Source of the DNA: Myxococcota bacterium
GTDB lineage: Bacteria; Myxococcota_A; UBA796; GCA-2862545
Assembly (NCBI GenBank): GCA_039208735.1
Contig: JBCCQY010000127.1
Location: 1-26,434, forward strand
Length of the DNA stretch: 26,434 nucleotides
Direction: 5' to 3'
Below, piece after piece: positions 25,530 through 26,434 of this stretch. A program made the position numbers and the translations under genes. Position 1 is the first letter of the stretch; each line of letters begins with the position of its first letter. The notes under the pieces were generated by a model. That model saw nothing but the letters and a program-made list of their open reading frames with translations, did not search any database and was not told where the DNA came from.

Positions 25530-26294
25530 ATGAACCGATTAGCCTTGGTCATGATGCCGTGTGTTAGTTGCAACCTCCGTGGGGATACCAACATCAGTAT
25601 TGGCTCTAGGACTTCTTCAGACCTAGCGGCTGGTTACTCGTACCATGGCACTGATGCCGTTGTGTTCGAAACGCGTTTGGCTCGCTTCCCGAGAGAGTGG
25701 TTTTCAATTTCCGAGGGTAGTAAGGATAGCGCAAGGCTGAAGGTATTTGTACGGCGCGATCCGTGGAAAGTAGTTGTCGACCACAACTCCTCGACCACGC
25801 GATATGTTTTCGAACAGGAGGGGTCGACGTTCAGTCACTCTGGGTCCCCGCCGAAAGAGATCTCACTTGCGCCAGGAGCGAATATTGGGGTTCTCGTAGA
25901 GCAGTTGTTTGATGACTTCGGTGGATGCGCGACAGTGACGTCGACCGTGGCGGAATATCCCACGTTGTCGAACCCGGTCTTGAGTCAGGCTCAGTTCTGG
26001 AGGGCGCTAGACTGCTCTTCCGTGTTCACTGGCCTCGCATTGACTGGTGTTGAATCCCCGCTTTTCCTTCTTGAAGGTACCTACGAAGGTCTTGCCTATC
26101 CGATAGTCTCCACCGCGCAAATCGTCGTGGCTGGATATCCAATCTGGGCAAAATTTAGTACGTTCCTGGAACTCGACACTTCGCCCACTGAGTTTGAGGG
26201 CGGTTTGTATAAGGTTAGTTCGTTTCCATACCCGCCAAGCCCCCTAGCTTCGCGCGAAGAGGTCAGGATATGGAATATTCGGTACGGCGAATAG
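25530..26294 (+). CDS. Hypothetical lower-GC protein (possible lipoprotein)
   Basis: 254-aa ORF with a short hydrophobic N-terminus and Cys. Sampled 60-nt lines are 45-50% GC versus 73% in a sampled line of the upstream gene. Confidence 0.65.
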   Translation: MNRLALVMMPCVSCNLRGDTNISIGSRTSSDLAAGYSYHGTDAVVFETRLARFPREWFSISEGSKDSARLKVFVRRDPWKVVVDHNSSTTRYVFEQEGSTFSHSGSPPKEISLAPGANIGVLVEQLFDDFGGCATVTSTVAEYPTLSNPVLSQAQFWRALDCSSVFTGLALTGVESPLFLLEGTYEGLAYPIVSTAQIVVAGYPIWAKFSTFLELDTSPTEFEGGLYKVSSFPYPPSPLASREEVRIWNIRYGE

Positions 26295-26434
26295 GGCGCT
26301 GACGCGCCTGCAGGCTTGGGGGTTGCGCTGGCCTTCGTCGCTGCGCTCCTGCAGGCCGACGCGCAGGTTCAGCCTTCGGCGCTGACGCGCCTGCAGGCTT
26401 GGGGGTTGCGCTGGCCTTCGTCGCTGCGCTCCTG
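26295..26434 (+). repeat. 83-bp tandem repeat made of two related REP-like hairpins (runs off the window)
   Basis: Units start at 26295 and 26378. Hairpins are GGCCTTCGTCGCTGCGCTCCTGCAGGCC (26330-26357) and GCCTTCGGCGCTGACGCGCCTGCAGGC (26372-26398). Confidence 0.9.

Noticed and set aside
25329..26349. Exact 1000-bp spacing of the 21-bp repeat copies
   Set aside because: It follows arithmetically from the insert length (945 - 28 + 83). The round number is treated as coincidence, though the assembly should be checked.
26295..26434. CRISPR array or integron attC
   Set aside because: The linkers repeat identically rather than being unique spacers. There are no cas or intI genes in the window and no RYYYAAC/GTTRRRY boxes.

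Overview
High-GC bacterial DNA, probably Myxococcota-like (inferred from the TIGR02996 protein, the DCDD..IHP motif and many secreted proteins). Bases 1-~1230 look like the end of a mobile element integrated at the 3' end of a standard tmRNA gene (ssrA, minus strand, tag ANNNNFFAAQAVA); this end carries an excisionase-like HTH and a DUF1016/YhcG nuclease. The rest is mostly mixed chromosomal genes: phosphodiester glycosidase, HAD hydrolase, orphan Imm49, degenerate histidine-kinase-like protein, CBS, START-like, slipin/SPFH, patatin, an amber-interrupted cPLA2-like gene, SDR, CAP, M16 peptidase, an RlmN-like radical SAM, and a run of AbiEii, TIGR02996/LRR, sulfotransferase, 2OG oxygenase and degenerate MBL genes. 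The best find is a non-coding unit at ~9910-10410 on the minus strand. It has a palindromic enhancer-like site and a sigma54 promoter, then a circularly permuted tRNA-like RNA (T arm, acceptor 3' strand with CCA, 3-nt linker, acceptor 5' strand, D arm, full anticodon arm, closed by a Y-RNA-like terminal helix), then a structured leader and the slipin gene. At the right end a 945-bp lower-GC cassette sits inside an 83-bp REP-like repeat unit. All family assignments come from motif recognition by eye; no searches were run.
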